Shown: piece by piece, positions 7,473 through 14,291 of the stretch
Layout of the letters: every line of letters begins with the position of its first letter
How positions within the stretch are numbered: position 1 is the stretch's first letter
Assembly (NCBI GenBank): GCA_965219825.1
Contig: OZ244792.1
Coordinates: forward strand, 3,270,646 to 3,294,645
Direction: 5' to 3'
Origin: Dehalococcoidia bacterium
GTDB lineage: Bacteria; Chloroflexota; Dehalococcoidia; Lucifugimonadales; JAGWBF01
Length of the DNA: 24,000 nucleotides
Translations under genes and position numbers: made by a program
The notes under the pieces: model-generated
Database searches by the model: none
The model's input: only the letters and a program-made list of their open reading frames with translations
Told to the model about the DNA's origin: nothing

Positions 7473-8269
7473 AGTTTCATAGGCAGCGGGTCCGACAGAG
7501 CTATCTCCCCTCTCGTGACGCGACACCCGTATGCGTAAACCTCCACGCCCTGGCTCAGCGCCTGGCGCAGGGCCACACCGAACTGAGGGTCGGCAGCGTC
7601 GTTGGGTGAAAAAGCCTGGGCATCGTCCCGTTGGACCACAAAAAATACCGCAGCGCGGTGCCCTTCCAGGATGGCCTTGCATAGGCTGCCTATGTGCTTC
7701 CTGCCGCGACTGGTAGGGGCGTCCGGGAAGAGACCTGTCCCGCCCACAATGAGGGTAACGGATTTGGTTTCGACGTAGCACCTACTCTCAGGACCTTCCA
7801 GCGCGATGTCCAGGCGACTTTCCCCGTAAGTGACCTCTCTGATGAAATGGTCGTACCCCGCGAACTGGGGCAACCTCTTCTCCTGTAGGGCCTCGTGGAC
7901 CAGAGCGTTGGGCAGCCGGGCGTCGGCAGATACCAGGGTGTGTCCCAGGTCCACCAGTGCGAGGTCGAAAGCGGTCTTGCGGTGGTCTCCGGCTGCGGGC
8001 TTCAGGAGCACGCGGCGGCCCTCTTCCAGCAACTCCCGCATCCTCCCTGAGTTGGCTACGTGCACGAGGCTTTCCATGCTGCCAATGTCAACCAGGGCGG
8101 CAAAGCGGTTCAACCTCCGGATAAAACGGCCTTCGACCAGATCACCAAAACGCAATTTAACGTTCCAACGAAGAATTGTCCAGTCAATGGTAGCAAGCCC
8201 TGACAGTTGTGGCAACCGGAGTAGGTGTACATAGCCACGGATGTTGTCGGAAAGATATAATAGCTCCAA
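7469..8269 (-). CDS. sfsA: Sugar fermentation stimulation protein homologue (SfsA, predicted nuclease/DNA-binding)
   Basis: GRFIRRLNRFAALVD...HVANSGRM...VSADARLPN...ESRLDIAL...ETKSVTL...LFPDAPTSRGRKH match SfsA blocks. The start is uncertain: there is no in-frame ATG, and the track uses TTG at 8269. TTG at 8155 (LRFGDLVEGRF) gives the N-terminal length seen in E. coli SfsA. Confidence 0.85.
   Translation of the reverse strand: MELLYLSDNIRGYVHLLRLPQLSGLATIDWTILRWNVKLRFGDLVEGRFIRRLNRFAALVDIGSMESLVHVANSGRMRELLEEGRRVLLKPAAGDHRKTAFDLALVDLGHTLVSADARLPNALVHEALQEKRLPQFAGYDHFIREVTYGESRLDIALEGPESRCYVETKSVTLIVGGTGLFPDAPTSRGRKHIGSLCKAILEGHRAAVFFVVQRDDAQAFSPNDAADPQFGVALRQALSQGVEVYAYGCRVTRGEIALSDPLPMKL
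8187..8215 (-). promoter_or_regulatory. Candidate sfsA promoter: TTGCCA-17-TACCAT
   Basis: On the minus strand: TTGCCA (8215..8210), a 17-nt spacer, TACCAT (8192..8187). This is 31 nt upstream of the alternative TTG start at 8155. It is only meaningful if the short sfsA model is correct. Confidence 0.3.
8232..8261 (+). promoter_or_regulatory. Candidate pyrF promoter: TAGCCA-18-TATAAT
   Basis: Perfect TATAAT at 8256-8261, 45 nt upstream of the pyrF ATG, with a 4/6 -35 match at 8232-8237. Confidence 0.4.
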
Positions 8270-8273
8270 TAGG

Positions 8274-8295
8274 GCCGTAATTCAGCCGTAATTCA
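8274..8295. repeat. Perfect tandem duplication, 2 x 11 bp (GCCGTAATTCA)
   Basis: GCCGTAATTCA at 8274-8284 is repeated exactly at 8285-8295 and abuts the pyrF Shine-Dalgarno GAGGAG (8296-8301). Confidence 0.95.
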
Positions 8296-8306
8296 GAGGA
8301 GAATAG

Positions 8307-9134
8307 ATGACCACGTTCCATGAGAGGCTACAGCTAGCTTCCGAGTCCCACAGCAGTTTACTCTGCATTGGGCTGGACCCCGACCTTGAGCGGATGCCGG
8401 TGAAGGACGTATTCCAGTTCAATCGCGCCATAGTAGACGCCACAGCCGACTTGGTGTGCGCCTACAAGCCCAACCTGGCTTTCTACGAGGCCCTGGGTCT
8501 GGAGGGTCTGGAAGCGCTCCGGAAAACGGTGGACCACATTCGTCGAGAATCTCCAATTGTGCCCATAATCGGCGACGCCAAGCGCGGTGACGTCGGTAGC
8601 TCTGCGGAGGCTTATGCCAGGGCCATGTACGAGGCGTGGGGCTTCGACGCCGTTACGACGAACGCTTACGGAGGCCATGACACTGTCGAGCCTTTTTTGG
8701 GCTATAGGGACAAGGGCGTGTTCATCTGGTGTCGCAGTTCCAACCCCGGCGCCGGAGACCTTCAGGACTTGAAGAACGTCGAAGGAGAACCGCTCTACGA
8801 GGCTATGGCTATCAAAGCGATGGGGTGGAACACCTCCGGCAATCTGGGTCTGGTGGTTGGAGCGACCTACCCTCATGAGTTGGGCAGGCTTCGGGAGTTG
8901 TGCCCGGATATGGTATTCCTGATACCGGGAGTGGGGGCACAGGGCGGCAATCTTGAAGAGGCAGTGCGTTCCGGCACTGACACCAGGGGTCGCCTCGCTA
9001 TCATAACCTCATCCAGGCAGGTACTCTACGCATCCAACGGACATGATTTCGCTGGTGCGGCCCGTCGAGAGGCCATCAAATTGAGGGACGAAATCAACCG
9101 AACTCTTGTGAGTGAGGGTAAGGGATGGTTTTAG
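8307..9134 (+). CDS. pyrF: Orotidine 5'-phosphate decarboxylase (type 2)
   Basis: LLCIGLDPD, AYKPNLAFYEALG, IIGDAKRGDVGSSAEAY and FLIPGVGAQGG are the long-form PyrF blocks. Strong RBS: GAGGAG 5 nt upstream of the ATG. Confidence 0.93.
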   Translation: MTTFHERLQLASESHSSLLCIGLDPDLERMPVKDVFQFNRAIVDATADLVCAYKPNLAFYEALGLEGLEALRKTVDHIRRESPIVPIIGDAKRGDVGSSAEAYARAMYEAWGFDAVTTNAYGGHDTVEPFLGYRDKGVFIWCRSSNPGAGDLQDLKNVEGEPLYEAMAIKAMGWNTSGNLGLVVGATYPHELGRLRELCPDMVFLIPGVGAQGGNLEEAVRSGTDTRGRLAIITSSRQVLYASNGHDFAGAARREAIKLRDEINRTLVSEGKGWF

Positions 9135-9322
9135 AGCTTAGATTGGGAGACGTGCTCCGGCTGAAGAAAATGCATCCCTGCGGCAATAATCTCTGGGAAG
9201 TGGTGCGTCTGGGGGCTGACATAGGCATAAGGTGCCGGAAGTGTGACCACCGGGTGCTCCTACAGAGGTCATACCTGGAACGACGGGTGAAGGAAGTCAT
9301 GAGCCGTGGGGAGCCTGTGTAA
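9125..9322 (+). CDS. DUF951 family small protein
   Basis: LRLKKMHPCGNNLWEVVRLGADIGIRCRKCDHRVLLQRSYLERRVK matches the DUF951 pattern (HPCG...W.V.R.GADI...C..C). 10-nt overlap with the pyrF stop. Confidence 0.75.
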   Translation: MVLELRLGDVLRLKKMHPCGNNLWEVVRLGADIGIRCRKCDHRVLLQRSYLERRVKEVMSRGEPV

Positions 9323-9374
9323 AGAAAATGTTGAAAGGCCTCTCTGCCACATATCCACTTGATACCTGCGGTCG

Positions 9375-9403
9375 TTGTGTACAGTGTCCCCTACCCATAG
9401 AAT
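9375..9403 (+). promoter_or_regulatory. Candidate promoter: TTGTGT-17-TAGAAT
   Basis: Hexamers at 9375-9380 and 9398-9403, 30 nt upstream of the ATG at 9433. Confidence 0.3.
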
Positions 9404-9432
9404 AATCTTTGATTTCATTAGAAAGGTCGCGC

Positions 9433-10896
9433 ATGAGTGCTCATGGGTCTCATAATCGCGCAAATCCAATAGCTTCGCGCTTATTCCCTATAGTAGCTCG
9501 GCACGGGCTGCCGGTCCTGACCGCTTTCGTTCTGCTGATTGGTCTGGTAATTAGTGGCAATGCCGCTCCGGTTGAGGGAAATATCTTGCGGGCGCCCATA
9601 AGTCCCAGTCCCGTCAGGGACGACACTCTCGACGATGACGTGGGAGACATCAACGAGGATGGATTCGTTGACGTCAGTGACCTTGGTATAGTGGTCGCCG
9701 GCTTTGGTCGTCCCCCCGTCAACCTGCCCTCCGCAGATGCCAACGGCGACGGGCGAGTGGACATCCTTGACCTCGCCCTGGTTGCCAGCAATCAGGGGCG
9801 ACGAGCGCCTAGGCCGTTGCAGGCTATGGTCATTGAGCGTGCATTTCCCAATCTGACCTTCCGGCGGTTGACCAACCTGGTCCAGCCGGATGATGGTCAT
9901 AACCACATATTCGTCACGGAGCAGCCGGGGCACATCCGTGTTTTCCCCAATGACCAGCGAGTGACAAGGGCCGATACCTTCCTGGACATCAGTGACCGTG
10001 TCAACGAGGGTAGCAACGAGGAGGGGTTGCTCGGCCTGGCCTTCGACCCGGACTACAAAAACAATGGGTTTTTCTACGTTTACTATTCCGCAGCAGACCC
10101 CAGGCGTTCCGTAGTGTCCCGTTTCTCCGTCACTCAGCATGACCCTAACCTGGCGGACCGGAACAGCGAGACCGTTATCATGCAGGTGGCACAGCCCTTC
10201 CGTAACCATAATGGCGGACAACTCGCCTTCGGTCCTGACGGTTACCTGTACGTCGGCCTGGGAGACGGCGGCAGTGGTGGCGACCCTCGGGGCAACGGCC
10301 AGAACACGAGCACCCTTCTTGGCTCCATATTGCGCATAGACGTAAGCAGCGTATCCGACAGCCAAGGCTACGAGTTACCCCCGGATAATCCCTTCGTTGG
10401 CGTGTCCGATGCGCAGGATGAGATATGGGCCTATGGCCTGCGCAATCCTTGGCGCTTCTCTTTCGACGAGCGCACCGGAACATTGTGGGTAGCAGACGTG
10501 GGACAGAACAGGTTGGAAGAGGTGGACGTGGTGGAGAAGGGGTTGAACTACGGCTGGAACGCCATGGAAGGGACCAGTTGCTTCTCTCCAGGCTCCGGCT
10601 GCGACAAGACTGGCCTAGAGCTGCCTATTGCGGAGTACAGCCGCTCCGCCGGCAATTGCTCAGTCACCGGCGGGTACGTTTACGGCGGCCGCGGTATGCC
10701 GTCACTCCTGGGGGCCTACGTGTACGGGGACTTCTGCTCAGGGAGAATTTGGGGCCTCCGGTACGACGGTGGCTCAGTCACAGAGCATTTGCTGCTGGTC
10801 AACTCCAGCGTGTCAATTACATCTTTCGGCCAAGACCTGGATCTCAACTTGTATATCCTATCTCGCGACGATGGCATCTATCGGCTGGTCCCGTAG
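9433..10896 (+). CDS. PQQ-dependent sugar (glucose/sorbosone) dehydrogenase with N-terminal signal anchor and dockerin module
   Basis: Hydrophobic LPVLTAFVLLIGLVISG. Two dockerin-type Ca-binding repeats, DINEDGFVDVSDLGIVVAGFG and DANGDGRVDILDLALVASNQG (nt about 9643-9798). Then beta-propeller SGDH blocks GLLGLAFDPDY, HNGGQLAFGPDGYLYVGLGDGG, GLRNPWRFSFD, LWVADVGQN and NYGWN. The ATG at 9433 (GAAAGG upstream) is preferred over TTG at 9409. Confidence 0.88.
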   Translation: MSAHGSHNRANPIASRLFPIVARHGLPVLTAFVLLIGLVISGNAAPVEGNILRAPISPSPVRDDTLDDDVGDINEDGFVDVSDLGIVVAGFGRPPVNLPSADANGDGRVDILDLALVASNQGRRAPRPLQAMVIERAFPNLTFRRLTNLVQPDDGHNHIFVTEQPGHIRVFPNDQRVTRADTFLDISDRVNEGSNEEGLLGLAFDPDYKNNGFFYVYYSAADPRRSVVSRFSVTQHDPNLADRNSETVIMQVAQPFRNHNGGQLAFGPDGYLYVGLGDGGSGGDPRGNGQNTSTLLGSILRIDVSSVSDSQGYELPPDNPFVGVSDAQDEIWAYGLRNPWRFSFDERTGTLWVADVGQNRLEEVDVVEKGLNYGWNAMEGTSCFSPGSGCDKTGLELPIAEYSRSAGNCSVTGGYVYGGRGMPSLLGAYVYGDFCSGRIWGLRYDGGSVTEHLLLVNSSVSITSFGQDLDLNLYILSRDDGIYRLVP

Positions 10897-10897
10897 G

Positions 10898-10921
10898 GTA
10901 GGCACAGCCGTGTGCGCCTAC
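10898..10921 (+). terminator. Weak hairpin after the dehydrogenase stop
   Basis: GTAGGCACA-gccg-TGT(gc)GCCTAC begins 2 nt after the stop codon. There is no clear U-tract, so this is only a candidate. Confidence 0.25.
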
Positions 10922-10958
10922 TTCAGGGTCGGGGATTCTACTTAAACTCGTTGTGAGA

Positions 10959-10967
10959 TGCTATACT
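10959..10967 (+). promoter_or_regulatory. Extended -10 promoter element TGcTATACT
   Basis: TG at 10959-10960 and TATACT at 10962-10967, 28 nt upstream of the ATG at 10995. No convincing -35. Confidence 0.35.
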
Positions 10968-10994
10968 ATGCTAAACCACACGCAGGAGGTGCCT

Positions 10995-12161
10995 ATGAAG
11001 GACCATGTTGAGGTCTTTTGGTTCTCAGAGCAGCCATATGGCCACGTCACCGAAGAGGATGTGCAAAAGTACGATTCTGGACGCCTGGGTTTTCCTAACA
11101 GATATTTCGATCCTGAGAAGGCCCACATCTTGTATAACCAGTACCATGAGCAGTATGCCCTCGCCGATGAAGTAAACTTCGATGGAATCATGAGCAACGA
11201 ACACCATGCCTCCTACTGGTGTATGAAGCCCTCGGTGAACCTGGACGCCGCCGTCATCTCCAAGGTCACCAAGAAGAGCAGGATTGCTATTCTTGGGAAC
11301 GTCATCGCCATTAACGACCCCATAAAGATGTCGGAAGAGATAGCCATGCTGGACTGCTATTCCGGGGGAAGGATAATCTCGGGCTTTGTGCGTGGTACTG
11401 CCGTTGAGAGCCTTCAGGGGGGCATTGACCCCACGGAGAATCGGGAGCGGTTCGAGGAGGCCCACGACCTTATCATCAAGTGCTGGACCACTCCGGGTCC
11501 CTTCAGACATGAGGGCAAATATTACCATTACAGGGCGGTGAACCCCTGGGTGTTGCCGGTCCAGAAGCCCCATCCACCCATCTGGTTCCCAGGATTCTCC
11601 AGCCCGGAGAGTGTGGTGTGGGCGGCCAGCCATCAGCACCCCTACATGAACCTGGGGTCCTTGCTGGAGCATACCGAGCGACTGAGGCAGGTGTATATAG
11701 ATACGGCTAAAGAGACAGGTTTCAAACCCGGGCCGGAGCACTTCGGGTATCTTATAAAGGCTATTGTGGCCGATACCGACGAGAAGGCCCAGGAAATTGG
11801 ACGCACCTTCATGTGGACCGAGGAGCACCGCAACAGAGGCCCAAGGGAGCACAATGACCCGCCTGGGTACCAGTCCCGAGAGGCAGTGGCAATACAGCGG
11901 ACTCTGCCAGGGGCTGGAGTGGGGTTTGGGCGGAAGATGTCCTATGAGCAGCTTCAGGAGGTCAATAACCTCATAGTTGGAAGCCCAGAGACCGTAACCA
12001 GGAAGCTGACGACGATCATAGAGCGCCTCAACCCAGGCTATCTGCACATATATGGCAATGAAGGGGATATGGCCCACGAGGACGTGATGCGATCCATCGA
12101 GCTGATGGGCAAAGAAGTTATACCGGCCTTGCATGAGATCAAGCTACAACCCTACGAGTAG
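10995..12161 (+). CDS. LLM-class (luciferase-like) flavin-dependent oxidoreductase/monooxygenase
   Basis: FWFSEQPY...NFDGIMSNEHH...AILGNVI...DPIKMSEEIAMLDCYSGGRIISGFVRG...HPPIWFPG is a TIM-barrel LLM pattern. The ATG at 10995 has AGGAGG 7 nt upstream. Confidence 0.88.
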   Translation: MKDHVEVFWFSEQPYGHVTEEDVQKYDSGRLGFPNRYFDPEKAHILYNQYHEQYALADEVNFDGIMSNEHHASYWCMKPSVNLDAAVISKVTKKSRIAILGNVIAINDPIKMSEEIAMLDCYSGGRIISGFVRGTAVESLQGGIDPTENRERFEEAHDLIIKCWTTPGPFRHEGKYYHYRAVNPWVLPVQKPHPPIWFPGFSSPESVVWAASHQHPYMNLGSLLEHTERLRQVYIDTAKETGFKPGPEHFGYLIKAIVADTDEKAQEIGRTFMWTEEHRNRGPREHNDPPGYQSREAVAIQRTLPGAGVGFGRKMSYEQLQEVNNLIVGSPETVTRKLTTIIERLNPGYLHIYGNEGDMAHEDVMRSIELMGKEVIPALHEIKLQPYE

Positions 12162-12208
12162 GTAGGAAGTAGATGGAATGGATTAATACACTGTTCAAGA
12201 CACGGGCG

Positions 12209-12251
12209 AAGGAGCCGCTCGGACGAGTGTGACGGGCCGATGCGGCTCCTT
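12209..12251. terminator. Hairpin between the convergent LLM and amidase genes (possible bidirectional terminator)
   Basis: AAGGAGCCGC(TCGG)...(CCGA)tGCGGCTCCTT: a 10-bp perfect stem extended by 4 bp, with no strong U-tract on either strand. Its position between two convergent stop codons is the main support. Confidence 0.4.
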
Positions 12252-12272
12252 TGTCTACGTATGCCAACTGCT

Positions 12273-13703
12273 TTATATCGGTGGTGGTGGCCTCATGGTG
12301 TGCCAGGGAGTGGCCTGCTCGTAGGCATAGGCCACGTTCAGGACTGTGCTCTCATCGAAGTTTCTTCCCCCTATCTGCAATCCAACCGGCAGGTTCTGGG
12401 AGTTGAAGCCGCAGGGGACACTGATAGCAGGTGTGCTGGACACGCTGGCCATCGCGGTCACGAGAGATGCGCTTCCCTTGCCGACAAATGGGGCCTTCTC
12501 CGGGCTGTCAATCCTGCTGATGGGGGTCCCCGGCGGTGCGATTTTCCCGGCAGTGGCTCCGGAGGTCGGCATTATCCACACATCCACGTTTTCCAGGGCT
12601 TCAATAACCTGATTACGCAGGATGGTCCTCAGTTTCTGGGCCTTGTAATAGTATTGAGCAGGTAGAACGCTGTTAACAAGGTAGGCAATCTGATTGTCGT
12701 GCCCAATCTCTTGCAGCCGATTCTTGAGGAAATCTTTGTATTGCAGAGGGGCCTCTATTCTGAGAGGCCCAAGGATAGTCCAAGCTTCTGCGGAAAGGGG
12801 TATGGAGATTTCCTCCACCGATGCTCCCAGTTCACCAAGCACACCGGCAGCCTTCATGACTGCGTCGCGGACCTCCGGGTGTATCATCTCGCCGTCGGTC
12901 ACTTCCTTGACCACGCCCACCTTCAGCCCTTTTATATTGCCGTCCAAAGCCGCTCTGTAGTCGGGGACGGGGGTATTCCAGGTATAGGGGTCCTTGGGGT
13001 CGTGTCCGGCTATGGCTTGCATAGTCATAGCACAGTCTTCTACCGTACGTGATATGGGGCCCATGTGGTCCATTGACCACACGCCCGGCTTTACACCGTA
13101 CCGGCTTACCCTGCCCCAGGATGGCCTGAGTCCTACCAGGCTGCACATAGCTGCCGGGCCGCGTATGGAGCCACCGGTGTCCTCTCCAAGGGAGGTGGCA
13201 CACAGGAAACCGGCAGTGCCCGCGGCTGCGCCCGTGCTGGAGCCACTGGTGTGATACTCCAGATTCCAGGGGTTGAGGGCCGTGCCATAAGGCTGGACAG
13301 TGCCGGTTGTGCCGAACTCGGCAAGGTTCAGCTTGCCCAGCAGGATAGCTCCGGCGCTTCTAAGCTTCTCTATCACAGTGGCGTCAATATCCGGGACAAA
13401 ATCCTTATAGAAAAGGGAGCCGATGGTGGTGCGAATTCCCTTGGTATAAGCCTGGTCCTTCACGGCTACGGGGATGCCGTGCATGGGGCCACGATACTCA
13501 CCTCTGGCCAGGGCCTGCTCAGATTCCCGGGCGGCCTGAAGGGCCTCATCACGGGTTACGGTGATATAGGCGTGAAGGGTGGGATCCAGCCGGTCAATGC
13601 GCTCCAGGTAAGCCTCTACTGCCTCTACGGGAGACACCTCTTTGTTCTTTATGAGTTCGGAAAGCTCTGTAGCAGAAAGGTAAGGTATATCGCCTCTTTC
13701 CAT
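12273..13703 (-). CDS. Amidase (amidase-signature family, Ser-cisSer-Lys)
   Basis: GIPVAVKD (catalytic Lys), GSSTGAAAG and GEDTGGSIRGPAAMCSLVGLRPSWGRVSRYG form the AS signature. The ATG at 13703 (MERGDIPYLSATEL) is preceded by AAGGAGG. The 59 extra codons in the track ORF would run across its own promoter. Confidence 0.9.
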   Translation of the reverse strand: MERGDIPYLSATELSELIKNKEVSPVEAVEAYLERIDRLDPTLHAYITVTRDEALQAARESEQALARGEYRGPMHGIPVAVKDQAYTKGIRTTIGSLFYKDFVPDIDATVIEKLRSAGAILLGKLNLAEFGTTGTVQPYGTALNPWNLEYHTSGSSTGAAAGTAGFLCATSLGEDTGGSIRGPAAMCSLVGLRPSWGRVSRYGVKPGVWSMDHMGPISRTVEDCAMTMQAIAGHDPKDPYTWNTPVPDYRAALDGNIKGLKVGVVKEVTDGEMIHPEVRDAVMKAAGVLGELGASVEEISIPLSAEAWTILGPLRIEAPLQYKDFLKNRLQEIGHDNQIAYLVNSVLPAQYYYKAQKLRTILRNQVIEALENVDVWIMPTSGATAGKIAPPGTPISRIDSPEKAPFVGKGSASLVTAMASVSSTPAISVPCGFNSQNLPVGLQIGGRNFDESTVLNVAYAYEQATPWHTMRPPPPI

Positions 13704-13763
13704 GACACCTCCTTTCTCGTGCCGGGTTGTGTCTCGAATGAGAACCCGTCCGACGATGAAACG

Positions 13764-13792
13764 ATTATAGGGTCGCCCTGAACCGGAGTCAA
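13764..13792 (-). promoter_or_regulatory. Amidase promoter: TTGACT-17-TATAAT
   Basis: The minus strand reads TTGACT (13792..13787), ccggttcagggcgaccc, TATAAT (13769..13764). About 60 nt upstream of the amidase ATG. Confidence 0.6.
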
Positions 13793-13838
13793 GAGCAGCT
13801 TTTTGGGGCATACTGTTCCACACCCAATGTTTCTGGGG

Positions 13839-13844
13839 TATACT
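13839..13844 (+). promoter_or_regulatory. Candidate -10 element TATACT for the VOC gene
   Basis: TATACT lies 34 nt upstream of the ATG at 13879. It is part of the 11-mer TATACTATGCT, also found upstream of the LLM gene. No good -35. Confidence 0.35.
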
Positions 13845-13878
13845 ATGCTCCAGACCAGATTCGTAATGGAGGAGCGGC

Positions 13879-14271
13879 ATGAGATTCGTCTACAACCACT
13901 TACATTTCCGGAGCGAGGACCCCGATGCGGCGGCCAAGTTCTACTGCGACAACTTTGGAGCGTCCATAAAGTCGGAGAGTCCTCTGGCAAATACCAAGTC
14001 AATCCAGCTTGAGCTAAACGGCGAGACCCTGATGACTATATCGGGCCGGGCCGACGGAGAAGACCCGGTCCCGGGATCCACCGAGCCCCGCTACGGTCTA
14101 GACCATTTCGGATTCGAGGTTGACGACATGGACGCCGTAGCTGCTCACTTGAAGGCCAACGGAGTCCGCTTCAACTGCGAACCCTGGACAATGCCCTCGG
14201 GCATGTCGGTTGCGTTCGTAGTCGCCCCGGACGAGGTGAGCGTTGAAATCATCCAGAGACCAAAGGGTTAG
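13879..14271 (+). CDS. VOC (glyoxalase/bleomycin-resistance/extradiol dioxygenase) family protein
   Basis: 130 aa. HLHFRSEDPDAAAKFY...GLDHFGFEVDDMDAVAAHLKANGV...VAFVVAPDEVSVEI is the paired beta-alpha-beta-beta-beta VOC pattern with His/Glu metal-ligand positions. GGAGGA lies 5 nt upstream. Confidence 0.85.
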   Translation: MRFVYNHLHFRSEDPDAAAKFYCDNFGASIKSESPLANTKSIQLELNGETLMTISGRADGEDPVPGSTEPRYGLDHFGFEVDDMDAVAAHLKANGVRFNCEPWTMPSGMSVAFVVAPDEVSVEIIQRPKG

Positions 14272-14291
14272 GCCACCTGCGCCGGCTGTGG

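Noticed and set aside
7473-7781. 103-codon N-terminal extension of the endonuclease-III-like ORF in the track
   Set aside because: The extension is Arg/Pro/Gly/Cys-rich and lies out of frame within the well-supported sfsA coding sequence. The ATG at 7472 forms a classic ATGA overlap with the sfsA stop.
8290-8303. PyrR-binding-loop-like sequence (TTCAGAGGAGA) in the pyrF leader
   Set aside because: It only partially resembles the PyrR consensus (UCCAGAGAGG). I could not find the required stem context, and GAGGAG is more simply the Shine-Dalgarno sequence.
9481-10365. 294-aa ORF antisense to the PQQ dehydrogenase
   Set aside because: It lies entirely inside a gene with strong family motifs on the other strand. 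Its composition is Val/Gly/Arg-rich, as expected for the antisense frame of a GC-rich gene, and I recognise no motif or RBS.
11025-12134. 369-aa ORF antisense to the LLM oxidoreductase
   Set aside because: Same reasoning: it mirrors a well-supported plus-strand gene. It has a low-complexity, His/Gly/Leu/Pro-rich sequence with no recognisable domain.
13704-13880. 59-codon N-terminal extension of the amidase ORF in the track
   Set aside because: The ATG at 13703 has a perfect AAGGAGG RBS, and the family-typical N-terminus (LSATEL...) starts there. The extension would cover the TTGACT-17-TATAAT promoter.
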